A stretch of DNA of 64,000 nucleotides, taken from Tubiluchus corallicola (taxonomy: Eukaryota; Animalia; Priapulida). Of this stretch, positions 25,905 to 38,077 are shown in pieces. The stretch is taken from assembly GCA_030141605.1 (NCBI GenBank), contig JAQGDQ010000024.1, positions 496,001-560,000 of the forward strand, given 5' to 3'. Every line of letters begins with the position of its first letter. Position 1 is the first letter of the stretch. Under the pieces are notes generated by a model. That model was not told the origin of the DNA. It saw nothing but the letters and a program-made list of their open reading frames with translations, and ran no database searches. Both the position numbers and the translations under genes were made by a program.

Positions 25905-26299
25905 AGCCCATTTCACACAGAGGAAAAATTTCTCCAGGGAAAAATTCTGGCATTCCCCACAAAAATCGATCACTATGACGCATTTCACATAGACGCCTCA
26001 TTAGGAATTTTTCTCATACTTCAAGTGAGGAATTCTCTCGTCAGCGAGAAGCCATGCATGCATTGAGGAAATTTACCACTTGGTAAAAATGGAGCCTGAT
26101 TCATTTTTGTAAGAATTCCACGCGCAATTTACATTAAAATTTAGTTGTTTAGTTCTTTCTTGTTTAGCGTAAATTAATTCAGCTTAAAATTAACGTTTTA
26201 ATTTATTTTTATAGTATAAACAAAAGACAGTATATATCTGAATGCTCGAGTTAGCTAGACGCGCACAAAAAACCGCGCGGTTACTGTGTGAAATGAATT
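25905..26299. mobile_element. PIF/Harbinger-like MITE
   Basis: Inverted ends AGCCCATTTCACACAG and CTGTGTGAAATGAATT, an internal second CATTTCACA and several GAGGAA.TT.CTC palindromes. Confidence 0.55.
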
Positions 26300-26825
26300 T
26301 TCTTGATTCTTGTTGCATAAGTTTTCGCGAAAAAATCAGCAGATGGTCCGGCCTTTAGTTGTCTTCTATAGTTGCTGCTATCTTACTAGACACATACATT
26401 GCAGAAATTAGTCTGAGCATGTCAACAAGATTTCTGAACATAAGACTGAAACAAAATTGATGGGCTAAAGCAATTATTGAGATTAAATCCAAGGATTAGA
26501 AGAAAGTTACTAGCTGCCTATAATAATGTGGCAGCTTTATTATTTCGAAATTCAAACTGCAAATCTGAGTACAATTGCGCGAGCTTTATCGCCAGTTTAA
26601 GATAAAACTATTATTCACTTGCACAAAAATATCCAAGTAAAGAATCGGAAATATCTCTAATAATCTTATAAAAACTCTATAATTATATGTTAATAACAGC
26701 AACGTATAATAATAGCAATCATAATTGATAATAATAATAATATAATATTAATAATAATAATAATAACACTAACAATAAGAATGAAAAAACGCACAAACTT
26801 AAAAAGGCAGTATCTTAGACATATA

Positions 26826-27102
26826 TCACTTTCTGTGGTTAACTTCATACAAATCATCGTCATAATCGTCGCTGTTGTGTCGTGTGTGGGTCGCGTCAAG
26901 ATGGTATCCCCCATAATCTCCGCCCGGCCGACCGTTTCTGGAATTAATGACTTCCGGTTTTGCTGCTTTATCCTGTCTGTACGCCGGTCCTGGTCGATCC
27001 TCGTAATTACCCTTAGCATGAGCCACTGCAATCGATTGTTGATAACTATATAGTTGCTTCTCCAACGAGAAGTTTTCTGATGACAACGCATCTATCTCCC
27101 TC
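26826..27102 (-). CDS. MATH-like protein, last exon with coiled coil (KREIDALSSENFSLEKQLYSYQQSIA...)
   Basis: Acceptor CTAATTAG completes the AAG codon from the previous exon. Heptad-like helix, then a disordered tail to TGA. Confidence 0.8.
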
Positions 27103-27595
27103 CTAATTAGCGAGAAAATGCACTAAATTAGCATAGAAGTCTAGACAATATTATTTATGATGGCGCTCGAATGAGGCCGTAGAATTTATTAATAACCTCT
27201 TCAATTATACTTTAATTTACGTAGCTAAGATGTGAAATTTAAATGTTCGCATTGATTCACTAGATAATTGCAATAATCTATGTTGAGGATAAGATTAAAC
27301 TGCACAATTAAAAATATATATGGCACCATTTAACTCTTTTTGCCCATAAATAGGGCAAATGTGCAATGTTAGACTTTCAGTGTGCAAAATCAATGCAAGA
27401 TTAAATAAATGCGTGTAAGTTAGAGTAGTGAATTTTTCCAAGTTTTCCTTTTCTACATTTTATTCTAACATTTGTGTTTTTCTAGTTATAATACAGCAAT
27501 TATTGTTGGCTTAGTGAAGGTCCAATGTATCTGGCTCAGTTTCTGTAGATGTTGGGCGAGGCTGAAAGCAAAAACATTTTTAATAGTTTTTTAAT

Positions 27596-28948
27596 GGTGC
27601 TTAGTAAGTTTGGTACAGGGTAAATTTGTTCCTGGTAATTTTGGTACCAGGAAATTTAGGTACCGGGAAAATTTGCTACGCGAAATTTTGGTACACGGAA
27701 ATCTTAGCACTTTGGAAATTTGGTGCAGGAGAAAACTAGTACTGGTAAATGCAGCACTGACGAAGTTTTGTCAAGCATTTTTGATACAATAAATCTGCTA
27801 CTAGGTAAAAATAGTATGGAACAGGTTTGGTACAACGAAAGTTTAGAACTGGAACAGTTTGGTACTAGAAAAATTTGATACAGAGAAAGTTTGGTATAAG
27901 GAAAGTTTTGGTACCTACTCGAAAAAGATTCGTTTTCATTTGTTTTTTATTCGTTTCTTTGTTTATCTGTTGTATTTATTTCATTCAATGTCATTGCTTT
28001 GTTGTGATCATCGTCATCATCATCATCATCGTCGTCGCCATTATCATCATCATCTCATCAGCATCATCTTCATTGCTGTCATCATTGTGTATTTTGTCGT
28101 TTTGTTGTTGCTGTTGTTTGTTGTTGTCATTGTTATTTTCGATGTCACTGTCGCTGTTGTTGCTGCTTTCTTGTTGTTGTTGTTGTTGTTCTCGTCGTTG
28201 CTGTTGTTGTTGTTCTTGTATGTTTGTTCCTTGCTTGATGTTTTTGTTGTTTTCATCATCATCACTGTTGTTGTCATTGTTACATTTGTTGTTTTATTGC
28301 TCTACATTATTGCTGTTGTTGCTGCTGTTGTTATTATTATTGTTATTGTTGTTCTTATAGTTGTTTTGTTTTGTTGCTGCTGATGTTGTTGCTGTTGTTG
28401 TTTTTTGTTTGCATAGTATTTTTGTTACCATCATAATCATGTCATCTTCATCATCATCATCATCATCTTTATCATCCCTAGTTCATCATTATCGTCGTCG
28501 TCGTCGTCGTTCTCGTCATCGTCATCATTGCTGTCGTCCTTCTTACATTTGCCCTTTCGTTGCCATTGTTGTGGTTGTTGTTGCAATTGTTCTCTAATAT
28601 GATGTAGAAATGCATTCTCTTTTCTATTTAGCGCCAAATTTTCCAGTACCAAATTTTTCTAGTACAAAATTTTCACGGTACCATATTTCGTAGTACCATA
28701 ATGTCCTTGCATCACACTTTCTTATTACTAAACGTTCCTGATACCATATTTTCCCTCTACCAAACATTCCTAGTGCCAAAAATTCCTTGTACTTAAAGAT
28801 CATAGTACGAAATTTACCTGTATCAAAATTTTCATGTACTAAAAATTCCTTATACCAAATTTTGCCTGTACCTACCTTCCTGGTACCAAATTTACGTGTA
28901 CCAAACTTGCGCTACCAAATTTTTCTTGCACCAAACCTTTTTGCATTC
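27596..28948. mobile_element. Mutator/foldback-like non-autonomous element with modular ~15-bp repeat arms and a microsatellite core
   Basis: Left arm of TTTGGTAC-based repeats (27608-27920) and inverted GTACCAAA-based right arm (28635-28937). Flanks TTTTTTAAT and ATTTTTAAT match at 8/9. Confidence 0.7.
28005..28592. repeat. compound trinucleotide microsatellite (CAT/CGT/TGT/TGC mosaic)
   Basis: Long mixed triplet runs that generate spurious poly-His/Val/Leu/Cys ORFs. Confidence 0.9.
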
Positions 28949-29139
28949 ATTTTTAATGCCTAGATATTTTTGTATTTTCAAATGTGCTTTTGAATTTCTT
29001 AATATTTTCCCAGTTTTTGTAGACTTTATATCTTATATTTTTTCAGCCATTTAAAAGGAAACCTAAACGGCTGGCGGGCCTGCCTTCCAGTTACGATTTG
29101 ATGTCGTCCTGTTGCTCTGTGTCCACGGTGCGTGCTTAG

Positions 29140-29190
29140 CGACCTAGTTAAGCAACGCTGGTTTTGGTTAGTAGATGAATGGATTACCAA
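29140..29190 (+). mobile_element. 5S rRNA-like fragment (decayed SINE or pseudogene piece)
   Basis: GTTAAGCAACGCTGGTTTTGGTTAGTAGATGAATGGATTACC resembles the 5S internal control region GTTAAGCAACG...GGTTAGTACTTGGATGGGTGACC. Confidence 0.45.
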
Positions 29191-29762
29191 AAAAATCACT
29201 TCAGTGCAGTTTCGTGTACTTCGGCTAAGATTCGGCTACTTATTTTTTTGAAAGAGAATAATTTCAACATAGCTGAGCCACCGCTGTTGGCTCGGTACTT
29301 TCTTATCTTATAAAAAATTGTTCTTAATAATCAGCTAGATTTCGGTCCTGTTACAACAACGAACAAAATACCTCCTCGCCATTCTCAATGTACCAATTTG
29401 CAATGCACTGATTTGCATAAAAGCGTTCGGACTTCTCAAGGGTCTTATCAAGTGAATGTGTTTTGACTTTTAAACATAAATTAAAATTATATATGTTTAA
29501 ACTTACTGTACCTATCTCCATCTAATGCAAAACTGCTTTGGTAAATTACCTAGGCTGCCTCATTTAGAATTTTTACGCAGTATGGGCTATAATCATGTTC
29601 CCTGCAGCCTCTTGGACTGTCTTAACGTTAAATGTGCATTAATAATTTCGTGTTCGGAAAGGCGAATAGACACACTATTTACTTATTTACTGCTGATTGA
29701 ATTTGTAACTGTTTTTCTTTTTACTGAATTATACACAATTACATATAGCTTTCTTTACATAC

Positions 29763-29902
29763 TTCATCTGGTAGTTATGCTTTCTCATAATGTCGTCGTA
29801 TTTACTGTAGTTTGATTGCAGTAACAAATGAGAGGCCAGCCACTGTATTCGAACCGACAACTTCCGATCTTCGTCGATGTAGACGCTTTCGGCATCACGA
29901 AG
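29763..29902 (-). CDS. MATH-like protein, second coding exon (LRDAESVYIDEDRKLSVRIQW...KHNYQM)
   Basis: Acceptor ACATTTCAG, donor ATGAA|GTATGT, phase 0 to 2. Confidence 0.8.
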
Positions 29903-30248
29903 CTGAAATGTATAAAAAAACAACATTTTCACTTTAACTTGAACGTTATTTACTTAAACTGGATTTACTAAACGAAAAATGTCGGCTACATGTATGTGGC
30001 ACATAAAAGAAAATAACCGAATGACTACTAATCTGAAGCTTAACCAATATAATTTTACGTATAAATGAATAATAGGTGCAATTTCTACCCAACGATAACT
30101 AGTGCACACCTGAAAAGCTCATACTTAAACATTTGTTTATATTAATTCGCAAAAAAGAAATAATGTTGCTATAATTAAAAAACTCACACATATGTCTGGC
30201 AAAATCATAACAATAGACTTAGTATTCAACAAAAAATATCTATAGTGT

Positions 30249-30279
<31 letters not shown>

Positions 30280-30295
30280 ACTATACTATAATTGC

Positions 30296-31393
30296 CTCAT
30301 TTTCCTGAATATTGGTTCTCATCTCATATCCTTCATCACAGTCAATTTGTACATAGTATTTATCAAAAGGTGCATCAAGCACAGGCACTGATTCGCCGTA
30401 GTTATTCACTACCGAGGCATCCCAGCACACATAACGGAGGTAGTTTCGTGGTATGTTTCTCGCATCCGAATAGAATAATCTTAACTTTAATAAACCTTTC
30501 TCGAACTCACTGACTACAGCCCATCCTTGTTTATCGCGGTCATAGCAAGTGGCACAGTTTCTGGCCCTGTCCAGGACCGGTATCTTCATTTCACTAATCG
30601 TTTCTACTGAGATCAGATCCATAGTTATTTTCAATTTCGACTTCTTGGTCAACAGTCCAGCTACATTGATGTTGTTCAACACATAACCTTCTCCTGTCCC
30701 GTGCATGTCAAATAAATGCTCTATGACATCGGAGTCCATACACCTAGACCCTTCTCCTAATGTTAGGTTGTATTTGAGCTTGCATAGATGTTCGAAATGC
30801 GTATGTCTGGTCAGGTAGACCAAAGGCTTTCCAGCATTCTCTGCATTGTCACCGTTGGGGTGCATGGACACACTCCAGTCATAGTTACCAAAAGTGAAGT
30901 ATGACGTCTCGTATTTGGGGAAGCCTTGTGCCCGGTGCAGATCAGGCATAGGAAGCCAATGTTCATATGTGGTCCTGATGTTCCTCATGGCAATCTCAAC
31001 AAGAAATTCACTGTTACCATCGTTGAACTTGCGACTTAGCAAGTCATCGATGGCTACAAATGCCTTGCGGCCATGACTGTCTTTATCGCGGGAGAACTCG
31101 CAAGATTTGACGGAAAACGTTTCGTTCTTGCTAAAATGTTCACGATTAATAAGCGATATTGAATAATCCACATAGATGAGAATTCCATCAGAACCGTCCT
31201 TTAGAATCAAGTAAACACTCACGTGCTTTTCCCTCCTAACAAACGACAAACACCACCTCTGAAAACCATAGGTGAAATCTCGAGTGAATATGTCTGGAGA
31301 GAGACTTTTGGTGATTTTGCGGGACAGAAGGAAAGTGAACACCTGTGTTTTCCCCTTGTCATTCGTAGACACAAATCTGTGTAACTGAGCCAT
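30296..31393 (-). CDS. uncharacterised tandem MATH/TRAF-like domain protein, first coding exon
   Basis: 370-aa ORF with repeated MATH-like beta patterns (FTYGFQRWCL...VSVYL...DYSISLIN; ETSYFTFGNYDWSVSMHPNG...PLVYL). Acceptor TTTTTTCAG ends just before 31422, so the ATG exon has a spliced 5' UTR. Proposed GC donor at 30295. Confidence 0.85.
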
Positions 31394-32599
31394 CGGTTTA
31401 GTAACTCAGGTTCATTTTTTACCTGAAAAAAGAATATGAAGCTTCAGGTTAACTTGGAAATTAACGTTCAAGCACAATAGAATTAAATTAAATTTATGGG
31501 CTTCTTAAAGACAAAATAGGATTTCAGTGGCATGAAATGGCTGTATGATTTGAGAAACCGCTACTGCATGTACAATGACAGCCAGCATTTATTGGCCACG
31601 TTCTACATACTCAAGCCAGGCAAATTCCAATTCTATTTCACTTTATCGGCTCTTATAAGATTGAGCCGCCTTCCGCAGTTTCCCGATTTGCTTGAGTGAT
31701 TTTGAAGCGTTTACTGTAATTCTTTCCGTGTCTCTCATCCATTGCTGAACCACTATAGTTATAGCTGCGTGGCTTCACGGGCCATCAACGAATAAAACAT
31801 GTAAGCTAGATTTTTTTACTTTTGCCGGGCGATTTAACCCATAACACGATAAAATCGTCTTCCATTAGTGTATAGCGCGATTGCATTTTGGCAATAAATT
31901 GCAAGCTAGCTGCTACAGCGAGCAAAGAGCAAGAGCTAGTACCAACATACCCTCATCGTGCCGGTTCTACAGGATCTAACTGTTGGACAAGATGCTGTTG
32001 GAGCAAAGAGTTTACAGAAACAAAAGTTGTTGGTTGGTTAATTGTACTTGAGAAAAGGTTAACTGAGCGTCCCAAATCTCCTAGCACATCTTGACATTTG
32101 CTATCCTCCCCTCTCTTCTCTTCTCTCCTCCCCTTCCCTCTTCTAATTTCTCTTTTCCTTTTTCTCTCCTCTCACATCTTCTAGATAACGTGTACTCGTT
32201 TACAATTGCTAGAAAGATGTGGCGTTATTGTTTTGAGAAATGATTTTACTAGTTATACGAGGCACTTAGTGCAGTTTTATTACTAAATCTTTGACATTTT
32301 TCGCGAACATTGAAATGAGCCTAACTTCCTAGAAGGCTTGGCCTTTCCTTTAAAGGGAAAAATAGCAAAGACAATACGTTTTCAAAAGCATATACGTTTT
32401 TCAAGCCTTCCGCGGTGTCCTCTCATTCAAGGGAGCTACAAAAAATAAAGGGCTGAATTAGACAACTTAATAAATTTTGAGTTGTTACACATAATAATAA
32501 ATGACTGCCCTGTTCCATCAACTTCCTCTGCTTCTGCGTACAAAGAAATATACGAAGAAGCAAACATGAATACATACGTATAAATAAACACACAAATAC

Positions 32600-32669
32600 A
32601 CATGCAAACAAGCAAACAAACTAATAAACAAAGAAACAAACAAACACACAAACAAACAACAAACAAACA
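32600..32669. repeat. (CAAA)n imperfect microsatellite
   Basis: Visible CAAA runs. Confidence 0.85.
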
Positions 32670-34571
32670 ATTGTCAATTCACGCAATTTACATTTTGTAA
32701 AAAGAATGGATGACAATGCATATGTTCCCTATGGCGGGTCAGCCAGTCGGGTGTGCGCAAATTTAATCGATTTGCTGATCGATTAAGCAGATCAGTCCAT
32801 TTCTGAAGCTTACTCCCAAATCGGCAAACCTACATGATACCACTATCGTTAAATTATGCATTTCGTATAGATCTATAAGTGGCTTTAATGTGCCGCCTGT
32901 GTGTGACGACCGTCAATAATCCCAGGTAATCCAGTCAGCAATGTGAATAACTTGAAGAGACACTCTCCCGTGGATTCATGTAAATTAAACTAATTTGCTA
33001 ATTCTCTGGATGATGAAATTCAATAACTACTTTTATTCGTTCTCTCTCATGGTGAGTGTAATACAAAATCCCTGTTTTAATTTGTGTTGACCAAGGCAAT
33101 ATTCACGTTGCCCGAAAGTGTAGTTCTCCACATTTTCGCGTGTGGGTCGTATGGGAACGCTCACACATTAATTCACGCATTTAGTCACACTGGAACTGCC
33201 GACAAAGTTTCTATAGCATCTCTAGTCTTGTTATTAACATCTAAAGCTTTTTCGAAAGCTCTAATTACTGCTCAAGGTGACCTTATTCTTCCTCGTAAAG
33301 TAAGTTGTAATGAAATTTCAAATTTCCTCTATTCTGAAAAGATCCATTAACAGAAATGGTTCGCTTGTACAGACTTCCCGTTTGAAAACTGTCCTGTTCG
33401 TATCAGCCTGGGCTAAAAGAATTTTGCTATTGTCACATTCCACTGTTTTTTATGCAGTTGAGTACGCTATAACCTAGCAGTCACTGGCAAAGTTTCTTCT
33501 AATGTAGATAACTGTGGCGGGACTGAATCCTGGCTCGTTTTCGATGATAATCTCTCTCTATGAACGACACTGACCCGCAGAAATAGCCATGGTCGAACAA
33601 ATGCCAACGAGAGACAATGATGTGGCAGACAAAAACCTAGAATGCTGTGTAGTATGGTCACCGTTACCTTTACAGACCAGACTAGGTGTTGCTTAACTTG
33701 AGTTGCTAGTGATTAGTTATTTCTCACACCAAAAACTTATATTATGTTCATTAACTCGGGGTCATAAAAGTCACATTATTCTAAATGTATGTAAATTATA
33801 TAATTCAGAAATTAACTGTTCCGGCTAAGCTGGTTCTAGTGTGTTACAGTGCATTTAGCTAAAAGCCATTAAACACCTGCAATAAATGTCCTGCCAGCTT
33901 GTCAAGTCACCTTAATTGAGAAAATACGAAATATTGTTGCCTGTTCTGTATTTATGTGCAGCGAAAACTGTTATTTGACACAGAAGCATTTCATCCATTT
34001 GAGTGTTTTCCTTTTCCAACGTATTTGATGAGAATACACCTTTCACCTCAAAAATCGCTTTCACCAAATTAGACACTGCCGGAACGATAGTACAACGCAT
34101 ATACATACGTCTTTTATTGATGAAGACCCGTGCACTAAAGCACAGGGAGACGGGGGTTGAGTCGCCTCTCTATTAAAACATCTCCTTACGTTTTGGTGAT
34201 ACAACAACAATAACGAAATCTGTACGAGTGTTACAACAGTTAACGAGTAGCAGTTTGGATTAGTGACAGTTTTTAATGTGTAGTAAAATGTCAGATAAGA
34301 AACATAGGATTAGCTAAACATTAGTAACGCACGAAGCTTCCATCGGTCCAAAAACATTTAATGTAATAAAAAATATTACTGTTTGCCTAAAACGTACTTG
34401 TGCTCCTTGTGGCAAGTACTTCACTTATGATTTACGCGCAGAGCTGCCAGGCTATCAGGCATTTTCAGTTTTTCTGCAATGTCCGTTATTATCAACCCGG
34501 AACTCATTTCCCGGTCGGGTTGCTCGGTTGAATGTGGACGGCAAGGAGCCACCCTCACTATTTTGACTTAC

Positions 34572-34659
<88 letters not shown>

Positions 34660-34670
34660 TAGTGGTAGTG

Positions 34671-34769
<99 letters not shown>
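34572..34769. repeat. (GTA)n microsatellite, about 66 units
   Basis: Nearly pure GTA run with three GTG variants. Confidence 0.98.
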
Positions 34770-37700
34770 ATATAATCTTTATTTTGCCTTTTTAAAAACA
34801 TCGACCATCATAATAAAAAAGACAGTGTTAGTTGGAATAAAAGCGTACACTGTTCTGGGCAAATGCGTCTGGTGCAAGCTAAACTATATGTGTAACTAGT
34901 AATTCAAAAATAAAAGATAAACAACAAACACACAATGCTAAAACTACACACAATATTTCTCTCTCTTTCTTCTAATACACACACTTTCATGCCCGCACGC
35001 ACGCACGCACACACACACACTCACACCATATTATAGTCTATCATTTGAGTGATTATCATCAGGACTTATGTCCTAGTCTTCCCTGGGGACGTCCACTTGA
35101 TGAATGACAGATTAATTGGAAAATAAAACTCAAATAATGAAAGCAATTCAGTAGTGGTCACTCATTTTAATGATTATTTTAGCCGCTTTCCGGGGCTTCC
35201 TTCTCGCTCTGCAGTGACAAATGTTGTAACGCGCGGCGCCGACATTATAGGATAGTCTTTCACAATTTAATGCAAATGGAAATGTCATTTTCTGGCTGAA
35301 AAATAGTCGTTGAACGAACTGAAGTTTACCGAGCATTCCCCAGAGTACTGTTCAGCTAGCTTTAAAGAATTCTTGTAAGAAAAGAATCATAGAGACCGTG
35401 TCTCTTCCTACGCTCTAAAATTAATGTAAAGGAAAACAATTTAGTTGCGTGCACGATTATTGTTATTATTACTTCTTCATGTAAATGCTTATTAGAACTA
35501 GTCAGTGCCTTAAAACAGAACATTTTGAAAGTATTTAGCGCAGCTATAGGCACCGTCATTATTAGAGCCACAGTGTCCTTTATTGAGAATAAGTCAGCAC
35601 AATAAATTTAAATAGGTTCAATTGAAACTTTTGAAACGATTTGGCTTTTGTATTTTGTTTTATTGTACTGCATTCTTCTCTCACCCTGCCGACAACCAGC
35701 TTTCTCTTCAATTTGTCTGTTATCCTTTTCGCTTAACTGTGCGGCTGGTCTAGGTACTATTTGTTACAGTGCAACGATTTTTCTGTAGACAACATTTAAT
35801 TTATATTTTCAATATTTGGTTATTTAAACAAGGCATTTATAGTTTGGAGAGTGCCTGCAACAAGCTACAAGGTAGCCATTCTTTTTAGGGATTTCTATAT
35901 TCTTAAAGATTTGTTCGCCTAACTCCTTTATGTTGCGTTTTGTTGGTTAAACTTGATATTTGCGACTCTGTATAAAAGTTTAATAACAAAACTAAACAAA
36001 CGGGTTACGAAACAAGAAAATTCCAAAATCTGCAATGCCTTGCAGAATTTTTTGATAAATATAAAAATGCACATTATTATCAAACGCTAGACTCCCCTTC
36101 CATGTTTTTCCCTGTTTTTAATCTGTTGCATCTTTACAAAGATACGTCTCTAATGAACTATAGTTAAGTTTCAATGATATATATATGTATTGTACAAGCG
36201 TTCGAAAATATGGATGTGCTCAATTAGTAGGCCTTACGCTAACTCGCTCACAGGACATATTAAGCCTATTTATAGGCTGGAGCTTTTTAATGTATTGTTT
36301 AGCCACTCGACTAAACCTGTTAATTGCACGAAATATGCACATACGAAGGAATTTTGTAGGCATCTTTGGCAAATACATAAAATCCTTTCTGATCCTGCTA
36401 CAGTAGATCATTCCCCAAAGTGCAAATATAAATTCCAATGTGCCGCGCGTCAAATCCATAACGCAATTCACAATATATAATAATACTCATTATGCTGTTA
36501 ACATTTGACTGCATGTGAACTACGCGTGTTTATTTGACTACGATGTCAATTTTGTTGAAAATGCATCTTCCCAGCTCCCCCTACCCGTGCAGTAAGTTTG
36601 ATTAGCCTTTACGGCTGGGGGTGGGGTGGGGGATACTGCAATGCAAGGAAGAAAATGTAAGACTTTTTGTTGGATGCACAAATTAAATTCAGTTTAATGA
36701 TTTATTTCAAAATTAGTTGATATAAAACGAAAGCTAAAATAATAATACGCGTACTTATACTAACTAATTACGTTGAAGCTTGAAACTATATTTTTCCAAA
36801 TTGCTGTCTCATTGGACAAGGAAACATGCCACTCCAAGTCCACACTCAACGTTGTTGTGTGAGAGCATTATTCTAGTAACTGGTGTCTGAAAACAATTAA
36901 TATTTTAACGCTAGCAGTAACATTGCAACCGATTAATTGTATTAACCCCATGTATGCTGTATAACATACAGTGCTAAGGCATAAAAAATTAAATGCGTAC
37001 TTAGAACTCATACACATCAGCTTGCCCACCTGTTGGTCAGATGGACACCTGTTATCTGACCGATAGGTAAACAAGCTGATGCCGTTTGTTACTGAATAAT
37101 ATCAACAGGAAAAAGTAACTGCACAGTAACTGCACAGCAGGGTCATTAATTATATCAGAGTTATGTTACTGATGCGATAGTAATATCGGCTGAGCAGGGG
37201 TGTGTTGGACCACCGCGACAATGGTGATGTCATGACGACGATGCCGATGACGATAATGCTAAAAATGATGACGATGATGATGATGATGATAATGATGACT
37301 TTTTATCATTTGGTGGCGTGATACTAACCGTAGAAAACGACGATGACGATAACGATATTGATCATGATATAGAAAAAAGTTACTTAGCGCTTCATCTTTA
37401 TGCTCAAGTAAATGTGATAAATGAAAGTTACTGTAAGGCAACTTGACCATCTCACATTCCCACAATAAAGAAATTGAAAAAAGCTTGGATCTTACAGATA
37501 TTCGAACATTATTTAACACAAACATGTTTTGGTTCAATAGTAACCCTTGGTATACAGGTTTACTTTGATATAACTGTTTAATAATACGTTCGGTTGTAAT
37601 GCGAAGGAAGGAAGAAATACGTGTTACAAACTATAATGTATGGCAATTATGTGTTACTACATGCAACCATTTACTAAAACGGCGCGTAGATTGTTTTATA

Positions 37701-38077
37701 GTCTCGGATAGTTTGAAACAATGTAACATTTTAGAGGTGGTTTAGTTGAGATGATTCTAAAACAAATGTTGATTTCAGTTGATTACTCGAATTATTCACA
37801 TTAAGTAGGAAAAAATTTATTGATATGTCTACGTTAGTTTATCCTCAAGGTTCATTCGATACTAATTCTATATAAGGGACACTCGAGCAAATAATCTTGC
37901 ACTGTTTCTAGCAGAGCCGCAAGTACAATTTACTTATTCACCTAGTTCTGTCTCTGAACGTTTATATGAGCGTATATGCGTTGTTTTAGTATCGGCGGAG
38001 CAGGTGAAAAACACATCTTACCTGCTCACGTGCAGTACCCAGTAATTCGAGCGTGTTGGTTTCCTTGTTTATTAAGA

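Noticed and set aside
27859-28652. Hydrophobic, poly-His and poly-Cys ORFs resembling membrane proteins
   Set aside because: They are translations of a triplet microsatellite inside a repeat element within an intron.
27608-28937. CRISPR-like array
   Set aside because: The units are ~15-bp degenerate tandem repeats without unique spacers, in eukaryotic context with no cas genes.
34115-34165. Hammerhead ribozyme (TGATGAAGACCC-stem-GGGAGACG)
   Set aside because: The core lacks the CUGA C and an intact GAAA, and stems I and III are not evident.
34479-34801. Poly-Val, poly-Ser and poly-Thr ORFs
   Set aside because: Artefacts of the (GTA)n microsatellite.
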